From positions 58,609-122,608 of the forward strand of contig JAURFU010000002.1 in the NCBI GenBank assembly GCA_030834165.1: 64,000 nt of DNA, given 5' to 3'. The stretch comes from Verrucomicrobiota bacterium. GTDB lineage: Bacteria; Verrucomicrobiota; Verrucomicrobiia; Opitutales; UBA953. The notes beneath the pieces are model-generated. The model did no database searches, was not told the origin of the DNA, and worked only from the letters and a program-made list of their open reading frames with translations. Shown here one piece after another: positions 8,284 to 17,176 of this stretch. Made by a program: the position numbers and the translations under genes. Within the stretch, counting starts at the first letter, position 1. Each line of letters opens with the position of its first letter.

Positions 8284-10065
8284 ATGGTCGTGCTGGGCAT
8301 CGAAGGCGGAGGCACCCGCACCACGGCGACCCTGGCCGGCGCCGCGGATCAGGTGCTCGCTTCGGTCACCGCCGGCCCGGGCAACCTCCGCCTTCTGGAG
8401 GACGACCAGCTGAACGCCCTGCTCGACTCGATCCGCGACCAGCTCCCCGCCAGACCTGATCGCATCGGCGTCGGCCTGGCCGGCGTCCGCACCGCCGCGG
8501 ATCGCGATCGCCTCAGCCGTGCGGTCGCCCGGACCTGGCCCGACACTCCCGCCTTCGTCGGCGACGACCTGCTCCTCGCCATCGAAACAGAGACATGGGC
8601 GGCCGACTGCGCCGCGCAGGTGCTGCTGCTCAGCGGCACGGGCTCGTGCTCCTTAGGACGTCATCGCTCCGGCGCGACGGTCAAGGTCGGCGGACGCGGC
8701 CACATCATCGGCGACCGCGGCAGCGCGTGCGACATCGCCGTGCACGCCCTCCGGTCGACGGTCACGATCTCCGACATCGAAGCCGGCTGGCCCGCCCTGG
8801 GCGCCGACATGCTGGCGTTCCTCCAGATGAACGACCCGGAGGCGCTCATCGAATGGTCGATGTCGGCCACCAAGACCGAGATCGCCTCGCTCGCCCAGGT
8901 GGTCTTCGCCGCCGCGGCTTCGCGTCAGGATGAGATCGCCGTCGCGATCCTGCGACGCGCCTCCGACCGTCTCAGCAAGGACGCCGTCCACTGCGCCGCC
9001 CGCGTCGCGGCTCCCGGCGACAAGGTGCAGTTCCTGCTCAACGGCTCGACGATCCTCAAGAACCCTTGGTTCGCCGACGACGTGACGGCGAAGATCCTCG
9101 CCTCCCGGCCCGGCAGCGAAGTCATCCGCCTCTCCCGCTCCGGCACCTGGGGAGCCATCCGTCTCGCCCGACGCCTCGAAGGTCCCATTGCCTCAAAGCT
9201 GCAGACCGTTACGGCTCCCGCCGGCGCCCTCGCCTCCTGGCGCCCCGTCGCTTCCGCGCCGACCGAAGGCCGCAACCTGAAGTCCGTCGGTTTCGCCGAG
9301 ATGCCCCTGCCGCAGGCGATCCGCCTGATGCTCGACGAGGACGCTTCCCTGCCCGGCAAGATCCTCGCGGAAAGCGCGCATATCGAATGGACCGTCAACG
9401 AAGTCGTGCGGGCCTTCGCCGCCGGCGGACGTCTCTTCTACTGTGGCGCCGGCACCAGCGGCCGTCTCGGCGTCCTCGACGCCAGCGAGTGCCCGCCGAC
9501 CTTCCGGACGCCTCCTCGCCTCGTGCAAGGCATCATGGCCGGCGGCAACCAGGCGCTCTGGAGCGCGGTCGAAGGCGCCGAAGATGACGCCGACGCCGGC
9601 CGACGCGCCATCGAAGCCCGTTCGATCCGGGCGAACGACGTCGTCATCGGACTTTCCGCCAGCGGCCATGCGCCCTTCATCTGGGGCTGCCTCGCGGAGG
9701 CCCGCCGACGCGGCGCCAAGACGGTGCTGGTCTCCTGCAACCCCGGCTACCGCGACCACCCGCTGCTCGACCGCGCCATCCTGCCCGACACCGGACCGGA
9801 AGTGCTCACGGGTTCCACGCGCCTCAAGGCCGGCACCGCGACGAAGCTCGTCCTCAACCTGATCACCACGCTCGCGCTCGCCCGCTCCGGCAAGGTCATG
9901 AGCAACCTGATGATCGACCTGAAGCCTTCGAACTCGAAACTGCGCGGACGCGCCATCCGTATCGTACAGGAACTCACCGGTGCCGACGAGGCCTCCACCC
10001 GCCAGGCCCTCGAGTCCAGCGACTGGGTCATCCGCCAGGCGTGCGCCAAGCTGACCGGACGCTGA
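8284..10065 (+). CDS. murQ: Fusion: BadF/NAGK-type sugar kinase (N-terminal) + N-acetylmuramic acid 6-phosphate etherase MurQ (SIS domain, C-terminal)
   Basis: There is no signal peptide. The N-terminal ~290 aa carry VLGIEGGGTRT, GPGN, GLAG, LLSGTGS and GGRGHIIGDRGS (ASKHA/BadF kinase motifs). The C-terminal ~290 aa align by eye to E. coli MurQ, including GGRLFYCGAGTSGRLGVLDASECPPTF, AVEGAEDD, LTGSTRLKAGTATKLVLN and SGKVMSNLMIDL. Confidence 0.9.
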   Translation: MVVLGIEGGGTRTTATLAGAADQVLASVTAGPGNLRLLEDDQLNALLDSIRDQLPARPDRIGVGLAGVRTAADRDRLSRAVARTWPDTPAFVGDDLLLAIETETWAADCAAQVLLLSGTGSCSLGRHRSGATVKVGGRGHIIGDRGSACDIAVHALRSTVTISDIEAGWPALGADMLAFLQMNDPEALIEWSMSATKTEIASLAQVVFAAAASRQDEIAVAILRRASDRLSKDAVHCAARVAAPGDKVQFLLNGSTILKNPWFADDVTAKILASRPGSEVIRLSRSGTWGAIRLARRLEGPIASKLQTVTAPAGALASWRPVASAPTEGRNLKSVGFAEMPLPQAIRLMLDEDASLPGKILAESAHIEWTVNEVVRAFAAGGRLFYCGAGTSGRLGVLDASECPPTFRTPPRLVQGIMAGGNQALWSAVEGAEDDADAGRRAIEARSIRANDVVIGLSASGHAPFIWGCLAEARRRGAKTVLVSCNPGYRDHPLLDRAILPDTGPEVLTGSTRLKAGTATKLVLNLITTLALARSGKVMSNLMIDLKPSNSKLRGRAIRIVQELTGADEASTRQALESSDWVIRQACAKLTGR

Positions 10066-10086
10066 ACTTTCGCCCCACCTCAACCC

Positions 10087-12420
10087 ATGCTCCGCTCCTC
10101 CCTACTCCTGCTGGCCTGCACCCTTCGCGCCTTCGCCTTGGACCAAGCCACCCTCGACCTGTCGCTGGAAGCGCCGGCCCTGAACACCCAGCCCGGCCCG
10201 GAATACGCCGACGCCAACCGTCCCGGCAACATGATCATCGGCCTCGACCGGACGCCGAAAGGACGGCTCTGGGCCGCCTGGATCGGGAACGGCGACAGCG
10301 CCAACGGCTTCCTGATGCTGGCCTCGTCGGACAACGGAGGCAAAAGCTGGTCGAAGCCCCGGCTGGTCATCGATCCGACCGACCTTCCGGGTAAACCCAA
10401 CCGACGTACGCTCGTCGGCAACCTCTGGACCGACCCCCAAGGGCGCCTCTGGTGCTTCTTCGACCAGAGCTTAGGCTACTTCGACGGACGCGCCGGCGAC
10501 TGGGCAACCCGCTGCGACAACCCCGACGACGCGAACCCCACCTGGTCCGCCCCCGTGCGCATCGCCGACGGCTGCACGCTCAACAAACCGACGGTGCTCG
10601 CCAACGGCGACTGGCTCCTGCCGGTCTCGCTCTGGACGCGCGACCGCATCGGGCCGTGGAACAAGGACTTCCCGGGCGTGGAGACCTTCCGCGAACACCA
10701 CCGCGACCTCGACGCCCTCCGCATGGCCAACGTCTACGCTTCCTCCGACCAAGGCAAGACCTGGATCCGCCGCGGCGGCGTAGCTTTCCCGAAGACCGAC
10801 TTCGACGAGCATATGATCGTCGAACGCAAAGACGGCTCCCTCTGGATGCTCGCCCGCGCCGGCAACGGCATCAGCGAATCCACCTCGACGGACGGCGGCC
10901 GCACCTGGACCACGCCCACGGATTCGCCGATCAAGAATCCGAAGGCGCGCTTCTTCATTCGGCGTCTCCATTCCGGCAACCTGCTGCTGGTGAAAAACGG
11001 GCCAATCGACGTCGCCCTCCCGCGTCGCTCGAGCCTGTGCGCCTTCCTCTCGAAGGACGACGGCAAGACCTGGGGCCCCGGTCTCCTGCTCGACGACCGC
11101 GCCTCGGTCTCCTACCCCGACGGCTTCCAGGCTCCGGACGGCACGATCCATATCCTTTACGACTGGAACCGCCACACCGACGCCGAGATCCTGCTGGTGA
11201 AGTTCACCGAGGAAGACGTCGCCAAGCAGACCAAGGTCACGCGCTCGCTCGTGAACAAGGCCCTCAAGACCCCGCACCCCGAACTCGGCGGTCGCGGCAT
11301 CCGCCCCTCGGACAAATGGACGGCCCAAGGCCGCGAGGACGCCAAGCAGGACCGCACGAGCATCCCCTACGAGGGCTACTCACCGAACCGCATGGTCTGC
11401 GACACGACCCTGCGCCTGATGCCCGACGGTTCGTGGGTCTACTTCATGCTCGCCGGAGGCGACACCGAACCCTCTCCGCTCAACTACACCGCCATCACGC
11501 GCAGCACCGACGAAGGCAGGACCTGGACGCCGCTCGCGTCGTTCGACGTCGGCTTCCCCCGCGAAGGCAAGACCATCGGGCAAGGCCCGACCGAAGTCCT
11601 CGTGCGCGACGGACGCGCGACGCTCTTCTTCTCCACGCATTCGAAGCACTGGGCCAACGACTGGCGCTCGTGGTATCTGACCAGCGACGACTCGTTCAAG
11701 ACCTGGAGCAAGCCGCAGGAACTCCCCGGACGCCTCAAGGAGCGCACCTTCATCCGTCCGTCGATCACCACGCGAGACGGACGCATCCTGCTGCCCTTCC
11801 AGCACTACGTCGGCCCCGAAGCCGAAAGGGACAAGGCCCCGCTCGACCGCGCCTTCACCAACCCTCGCAACGGCGTCCTGATGAGCGCCGACGGCGGCAA
11901 GACCTGGACCGAGCACGGCAACGTGCGCCTGACGCCCAACGACCGGTATTTCGGCTGGGCCGAACCGACGATCCATGAGCGCGCCGACGGCTCGATCCTC
12001 ATGTTCATCCGTGCGGACGGACTCGGTGGCGTCCTCTATCAGGCCGTCTCCAAGGACGGCGGCCGCACCTGGCCGGAATTCGCCTCGGTCACGGAGATAC
12101 CCAACCCCGGCAGCAAGGCCACGCTGTTCCCGCTCGGCGGCAAGTCCGTCGCCCTGCTGCACAACAACAACTCCAAGCGCCGGGCCCCTCTGTCGCTCTG
12201 GATCAGTTTCGACGACGGCAAGACCTGGCCCTACCAGCGCGTCCTCGTCGCGGAAGCCGGGCCCGACCCGAAATACCCGGGCAAACTGATGAAGGGGTCG
12301 ATCAATTACCCGGATGGTTTCGTCAGCGCGGACAGACAGTGGCTGCACTTCGCCTACGACGACGCCCGCCACCGCGCGGTGCATTACAGCGCCAAAATCC
12401 CCCCGCTGCCGACCAAGTAA
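10087..12420 (+). CDS. Secreted protein with two tandem BNR/sialidase-fold beta-propeller modules
   Basis: It has a signal peptide and nine Asp-box (S-x-D-x-G-x-T-W) motifs: SSDNGGKSW, SSDQGKTW, STDGGRTW, SKDDGKTW, then STDEGRTW, SDDSFKTW, SADGGKTW, SKDGGRTW and SFDDGKTW. I could not recognise catalytic sialidase residues by eye. Confidence 0.8.
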   Translation: MLRSSLLLLACTLRAFALDQATLDLSLEAPALNTQPGPEYADANRPGNMIIGLDRTPKGRLWAAWIGNGDSANGFLMLASSDNGGKSWSKPRLVIDPTDLPGKPNRRTLVGNLWTDPQGRLWCFFDQSLGYFDGRAGDWATRCDNPDDANPTWSAPVRIADGCTLNKPTVLANGDWLLPVSLWTRDRIGPWNKDFPGVETFREHHRDLDALRMANVYASSDQGKTWIRRGGVAFPKTDFDEHMIVERKDGSLWMLARAGNGISESTSTDGGRTWTTPTDSPIKNPKARFFIRRLHSGNLLLVKNGPIDVALPRRSSLCAFLSKDDGKTWGPGLLLDDRASVSYPDGFQAPDGTIHILYDWNRHTDAEILLVKFTEEDVAKQTKVTRSLVNKALKTPHPELGGRGIRPSDKWTAQGREDAKQDRTSIPYEGYSPNRMVCDTTLRLMPDGSWVYFMLAGGDTEPSPLNYTAITRSTDEGRTWTPLASFDVGFPREGKTIGQGPTEVLVRDGRATLFFSTHSKHWANDWRSWYLTSDDSFKTWSKPQELPGRLKERTFIRPSITTRDGRILLPFQHYVGPEAERDKAPLDRAFTNPRNGVLMSADGGKTWTEHGNVRLTPNDRYFGWAEPTIHERADGSILMFIRADGLGGVLYQAVSKDGGRTWPEFASVTEIPNPGSKATLFPLGGKSVALLHNNNSKRRAPLSLWISFDDGKTWPYQRVLVAEAGPDPKYPGKLMKGSINYPDGFVSADRQWLHFAYDDARHRAVHYSAKIPPLPTK

Positions 12421-12488
12421 GCCGGCCTTGGCGGGCAGAATGAGTTGGCAAAGCGGGGCCGAGGGCTAAGTTGCCCTCTTCCCCGCCC

Positions 12489-14549
12489 ATGCGCTTCCTC
12501 TTCGCCCTCGGGCTTTTCCTATCCTTTCCCTCCGCCCGGGCCTTCGAGGCCGACGTGATCGTCTACGGGGCCACGCCGGGAGGCTTCTGCGCGGCCATCG
12601 CCGCCGCCCGCGAGGGCGCCAAAGTCGCCCTCATCGAACCGACCGCCCATGTCGGCGGGGTGAACACCGGCGGACTCAGCTTCAGCGATTCGAACCAGAC
12701 GGTCCGCTCGACGCTGCTCGGCCTCTTCGAAGAATGGCATCAACGGGTGGCCGCCGACTACGCCGCCCGCGGCGTCAGACTGCCTTACGACGTCGCCGTC
12801 AAAAACAACGCGGTCTGGACCTACGAGCCGCACGTCGCCGCCCGCGTGACGGACGCGATGCTCAAGGAAGCCGGCGTGACCGTGGTGACCCGACAGCCCC
12901 TGGAGTCCGTCGAAAAAGAAGGAGCGAAGATCATCGGCCTGCGGACGCCCTCCGGACTCCACGCCGCCAAGGTCTTCATCGACGCCACCTACGAGGGCGA
13001 CCTGCTGGCGAAGGCCGGCGCCTACTGGCACCTAGGCCGCGACGGGCGCGACGAATTCGGCGAATCCCTCGCCGGCCGCCAGTATTCCAAGCCGCTGATG
13101 GCGATCGACGGCTTCGACGCGCACGGCCTGCCGCTGCCCTTCATCACGACCGTGCGCAAAGGCGCCGATGACGCCGGGGAACAGACGGTGATGGTCTACA
13201 GCTTCCGCCTCTGCCTCACCAAGGACCCCGCGAATCGCGTGCCCTTCCCCGCCCCCAGGGCTTACGACCCGGCCCGCTTCGAACTGATCCGACGTTATTT
13301 CCTGAAATATCCGAACGCACCCCTGCCCTGGGACCTCTATCCGCTGCCGGGCAACAAGTTCGACGCCAACAACGGCATCGGCAAGATGTTCTCGATGGGA
13401 CTCGTCGGCGAGGCCAACGGCTGGTGCGCGTCGGACCCCGCCGGCCGCGCCAAGCTCTGGGACAAGCACAAGGAATACACGCTGGAGTTCTACCGCTTCC
13501 TCACGACCGACCCGGCCGTGCCGCCCAAGATCCGCGAGACGATGGCCGAACTCGGCCTCTGCCGCGACGAGTTCCCCGAGACCGGCCATTGGTCGCCCCA
13601 GCTTTACGTCCGCGAAGGCCGCCGTCTGGACGGCCGCTACACCCTGTCGCAGAAAGACATCCTCGAGGCCCCCGCGAAGGACGACCCCATCGCGGTCTCC
13701 TCCTTCCCGATCGATTCGCACGACTGCCGTCGCATCGCGCTGCCCGAAGGCGTGATCAACGAAGGCACGATCTTCCCGGTGCGCATGCCCGGCCGACCCC
13801 ACGGCTACGCCTATCACGTCCCTTATCGGGCGATCACCCCGGCCGCCGCGGAATGCGTCAACCTGCTCGTCCCCGTCGCGCTCTCCGCGACCCACGTGGC
13901 CTATTCGTCCGTCCGCGTCGAACCGACCTGGATGGCCATCGGCCAGAGCGCCGGCATCGCCGCCGCCCTCGCCGCCAAGGAGGGCGTCACCGTCCAGGCG
14001 CTCGACTACGGAAGACTCCGCGCCCGCCTGCTGGCGCAGCACCAAGTGCTCGACCTGCCGGTGCTGCCGCCGCTCGAGAAGGCCCGCCGACCGGCGGGAC
14101 CGATGTCGCTCGACCCCAAGTCTCTGCCCGGGCTGATCCTCGATGACGCGCAGGCCGAACTTTCCGGCGACTGGCAAAACTCCACGAACTTCAAGCCGCA
14201 CGTCGGCTCGGGCTACCGGCACGACGATCAACGCTCCGACGGCAGGTCGCGCGCGGTCTTCCGCTTCAAGGCGCCGGCCGACGGGGAATTCGAGCTGCGC
14301 ATGGCCTACTCCGCCCATGAGACCCGGACGACCCGTCTGCCGGTGACGCTCGGCGACGGCACCGGCACGCAGGCCTTCGTGGTCGACCAGACGGTCCCGA
14401 TGCCGGCGGGCGAAGCCTTCCGCCCGATCGGTCGCATCCGTCTCCGCCAAGGGACCGATTACACGCTCACCCTGACCAACCAGGACACCCGCGGGTTCGT
14501 CATCCTCGACGCCTTCCAGTTGCTCCCGGTCACCGCGGCGGCAAAATGA
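12489..14549 (+). CDS. Secreted FAD-dependent oxidoreductase (FAD_oxidored family, often annotated xanthan lyase) with C-terminal beta-sandwich domain; paralog A
   Basis: ATG 12489 is in frame within the track ORF that starts at TTG 12471. It has a signal peptide and the Rossmann dinucleotide motif DVIVYGATPGGFCAAIAAAREGAKVALIE...GGVNTGG, plus FIDATYEGDL. The C-terminal ~130 aa (GSGYRHDD...FVILDAFQLLP) are shared with 39596..41665. Confidence 0.85.
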   Translation: MRFLFALGLFLSFPSARAFEADVIVYGATPGGFCAAIAAAREGAKVALIEPTAHVGGVNTGGLSFSDSNQTVRSTLLGLFEEWHQRVAADYAARGVRLPYDVAVKNNAVWTYEPHVAARVTDAMLKEAGVTVVTRQPLESVEKEGAKIIGLRTPSGLHAAKVFIDATYEGDLLAKAGAYWHLGRDGRDEFGESLAGRQYSKPLMAIDGFDAHGLPLPFITTVRKGADDAGEQTVMVYSFRLCLTKDPANRVPFPAPRAYDPARFELIRRYFLKYPNAPLPWDLYPLPGNKFDANNGIGKMFSMGLVGEANGWCASDPAGRAKLWDKHKEYTLEFYRFLTTDPAVPPKIRETMAELGLCRDEFPETGHWSPQLYVREGRRLDGRYTLSQKDILEAPAKDDPIAVSSFPIDSHDCRRIALPEGVINEGTIFPVRMPGRPHGYAYHVPYRAITPAAAECVNLLVPVALSATHVAYSSVRVEPTWMAIGQSAGIAAALAAKEGVTVQALDYGRLRARLLAQHQVLDLPVLPPLEKARRPAGPMSLDPKSLPGLILDDAQAELSGDWQNSTNFKPHVGSGYRHDDQRSDGRSRAVFRFKAPADGEFELRMAYSAHETRTTRLPVTLGDGTGTQAFVVDQTVPMPAGEAFRPIGRIRLRQGTDYTLTLTNQDTRGFVILDAFQLLPVTAAAK

Positions 14550-15751
14550 GCGGCATGAAGCTCCGCCTCCTCCTCGGCCTCGCCGCGCTCCTGGCCGGCT
14601 GTTCCAGCCCGCAGCCCGGCCCCAAGCCGGCCTCCTTGCTGCCCGCCGGATGGGATGCCAAGGCCGCCGGGGACAAGGTCATGGCCGGCCTGTTCAAGGT
14701 CAGCGGCCCCGAAGTCAGAGGGGCGCATGACTCCCACTTCGTCATCGTCGGCGACCGCGCCTATGTCGTCGCCGAAGCGAACGACCGTCAGGCCGGCGAG
14801 GCCGCGCAGTGGCCTTTCGTCTACGCCACGCTGTCGATCGTCGACCTGCGCAACGAACGCCTGCTCGACGTGATGACCATCGCGCGCTCCGAACAGGCCT
14901 TCGCCAACGAGACCCTGCCCGTCGGCGCGTGCTTCGTCCCGCGCATCCGCCAGGTCGGCCCGAAGACGCTCCGTTGCTGGTTCGCCAGCGAGCAGCCCGG
15001 CAAGCGCCAGTCGCAGACTTATTACCGCGACCTCGACCTCGGCACCATGACGTTCGAACGGGAGATCCATCGGATGAAGATCCGGACGAGCGAAGGCATC
15101 TTCGACCTCCAACCCCGATATCTGCACGCCGACGCCGCCAAGCAGGGCTTCCTCCGCAAGCCGATGGACGCCGGGCTCTACCTGTTCGACAACTTCAAGG
15201 AGTTCGACGGCCGGACCTACCTCGCCATCAACAACTACCTCGGCGCCCAGCAGGCGCTCTGCACGCTGAACACGACGGCGGACACGCTCGAGGTCGTCGG
15301 TCACTTCAACGGCCCGGGCCAACCCGCCCTGACCGAACCGTCGGTCCATCGCCTGCCCGACGGCACCTGGCTGGCCATCTGCCGACGGGAAAACGGCGAG
15401 CACAACTACTGGTTCTGCGAGAGCCGGGACGGGAAGACCTGGACCGCGGGTGGCGAGAAGGATTTCGTGAAGAAAGGGGCCGCCTCCAAGCCGACCTTCG
15501 ACCGGTTCAACGGCGTCTATTACCTCGGCTGGCAGGATGGCGCCCAAGTCGACAAGGTGAGCCGCAGCGTGTTCAACGTCGACGTCTCCAAGGACGGCAA
15601 GAACTGGGAGCGCAAATACCGCTTCGAGACCACGAAATCTTTCCAGTACCCCACCTTCGTCGAGACCAACGGCCGGATCTGGCTGAGCGTGACCCAGGGA
15701 GATTCCGACCCCAGCCGCAAGGAACGCATCATGTTCGGCCGGCTGGAGTAA
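14546..15751 (+). CDS. Lipoprotein with BNR-like Asp-boxes (beta-propeller fold likely), function unknown
   Basis: The start overlaps the upstream stop as ATGA. It has a lipobox (LLAGC at MSGMKLRLLLGLAALLAGCSS) and Asp-box-like motifs SRDGKTWT and SKDGKNWE. Confidence 0.75.
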   Translation: MSGMKLRLLLGLAALLAGCSSPQPGPKPASLLPAGWDAKAAGDKVMAGLFKVSGPEVRGAHDSHFVIVGDRAYVVAEANDRQAGEAAQWPFVYATLSIVDLRNERLLDVMTIARSEQAFANETLPVGACFVPRIRQVGPKTLRCWFASEQPGKRQSQTYYRDLDLGTMTFEREIHRMKIRTSEGIFDLQPRYLHADAAKQGFLRKPMDAGLYLFDNFKEFDGRTYLAINNYLGAQQALCTLNTTADTLEVVGHFNGPGQPALTEPSVHRLPDGTWLAICRRENGEHNYWFCESRDGKTWTAGGEKDFVKKGAASKPTFDRFNGVYYLGWQDGAQVDKVSRSVFNVDVSKDGKNWERKYRFETTKSFQYPTFVETNGRIWLSVTQGDSDPSRKERIMFGRLE

Positions 15752-15827
15752 TCATTAGCCTTCATTAGGGGTCCGCCGAAAACTCCTCGCAACCTCTCCT
15801 GCCATCGGGTGTATTAGTGATACCCCC

Positions 15828-17078
15828 ATGCGTACCCTCGCCTCCCTCGTCGCCGCCCTCCTCGGTGGCTGCGCCACCGCCGCTCCCGTCGCGTTCGACA
15901 AGCAGACGGTCACCAAGGATTTCGTCGCCGAAGGCTGTGCCGTCGCCGACTTCAACCGCGACGGATACGCCGACGTCGCCGCCGGCCGCTACCTCTGGCT
16001 CGGACCGGACTTCAAGCAGAAGACCGCCTACACGCCTGAGCGCAACAATCCGACCGGCCCCAGCAAGACGCCTTACACCGCGGAGACCGGCTACTCCGAC
16101 TACTTCATCCAGTTCGCCTACGACTTCAACGCCGACGGGTGGCAGGATATCCTCGTCTACGGACTCCCGGGCGAACCCGCCTTCGTCTTCGAGAACCCTC
16201 AGGGCAAGGCTGGCGACTGGACCCGCCACAACATCTTCGACGTGGCCGACGGCGAATCTCCCGACCTCGTCGATATAAATGGCGACGGAAAGCCGGAGCT
16301 CCTCTGCCACAGCAGCGACCTCGTGAAGCCCGCCAAGGCCAAGGGCGGCAAGTCCGGCGGCCAGTTCGGTTACGTCGAGATCGACTGGAAGAACCCGTTC
16401 GCGAAGGGCCGCTTCCGCCCGATCACCCCCAAGTCGCCGGCCAACGACCAGAAGATCTTCAAGTACACCCACGGCTACGGCGCCGGCGACGTCAACGGCG
16501 ACGGTCGCGTCGACATCCTCGAGAAGGACGGCTGGTATGAGCAGCCTGCGGACACCTCCAAGGACACCGACTGGAAGTTCCACCCCGTCGCCTTCGGCCT
16601 GGGCGGCGCTCAGATGTATGTCTACGACGTCAACAAGGACGGCCGCAACGACGTCATCACCAGCATCAAGGCCCACGGCTACGGGTTGTCCTGGTTCGAA
16701 CAGAACACCGACGGCTCGTTCAAGGAACACGTCATCCTCGGCAAGACCAAGGAAGACAACGCGGCCGGCGCGGGCTTCAGCCAGATCCACGCGATCCAGC
16801 TCGCCGACATCAACGGCGACGGCCTCCTCGACATCGTCACAGGCAAGCGTCGCTGGGCCCACGGCCCCGCCAAGGACGACGAGCCGATGGCGGACCCGGT
16901 CCTCTGCTGGTTCGAACTCCAGCGCGACGGCCAAGGCGGCGCCCGCTACGTCAAACACCTGATCGACGCCGACAGCGGCGTCGGCACCCAGTTCTTCACC
17001 GGCAAGGTCAACCAGGACGGCAAGCCGGACATCGTGATCGCCAACAAGCACGGCGTCTACGTGTTCACCCAGAAATAA
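15828..17078 (+). CDS. Secreted FG-GAP/VCBS repeat protein
   Basis: It has a signal peptide and seven Ca-binding FG-GAP-type loops: DFNRDGYADV, DFNADGWQDI, DINGDGKPEL, GDVNGDGRVDI, DVNKDGRNDV, DINGDGLLDI and VNQDGKPDI. Confidence 0.85.
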   Translation: MRTLASLVAALLGGCATAAPVAFDKQTVTKDFVAEGCAVADFNRDGYADVAAGRYLWLGPDFKQKTAYTPERNNPTGPSKTPYTAETGYSDYFIQFAYDFNADGWQDILVYGLPGEPAFVFENPQGKAGDWTRHNIFDVADGESPDLVDINGDGKPELLCHSSDLVKPAKAKGGKSGGQFGYVEIDWKNPFAKGRFRPITPKSPANDQKIFKYTHGYGAGDVNGDGRVDILEKDGWYEQPADTSKDTDWKFHPVAFGLGGAQMYVYDVNKDGRNDVITSIKAHGYGLSWFEQNTDGSFKEHVILGKTKEDNAAGAGFSQIHAIQLADINGDGLLDIVTGKRRWAHGPAKDDEPMADPVLCWFELQRDGQGGARYVKHLIDADSGVGTQFFTGKVNQDGKPDIVIANKHGVYVFTQK

Positions 17079-17097
17079 GCCCCCTGCCCGACCCGTG

Positions 17098-17139
17098 ATG
17101 GGGTCAGACCCTATCATCGGGTCTGACCCCATTCTTTTT
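17098..17139 (+). terminator. Rho-independent-type terminator hairpin, and copy A of the GGGGTCAGACCC repeat family
   Basis: A 14-bp perfect stem ATGGGGTCAGACCC / GGGTCTGACCCCAT (17098-17111 / 17119-17132) with a 7-nt loop, followed by TCTTTTT. It starts 20 nt after the stop of 15828..17078. Confidence 0.65.
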
Positions 17140-17176
17140 GCCCCCTCCCCTTTTCGCCCCCAACCTGACACGACCC

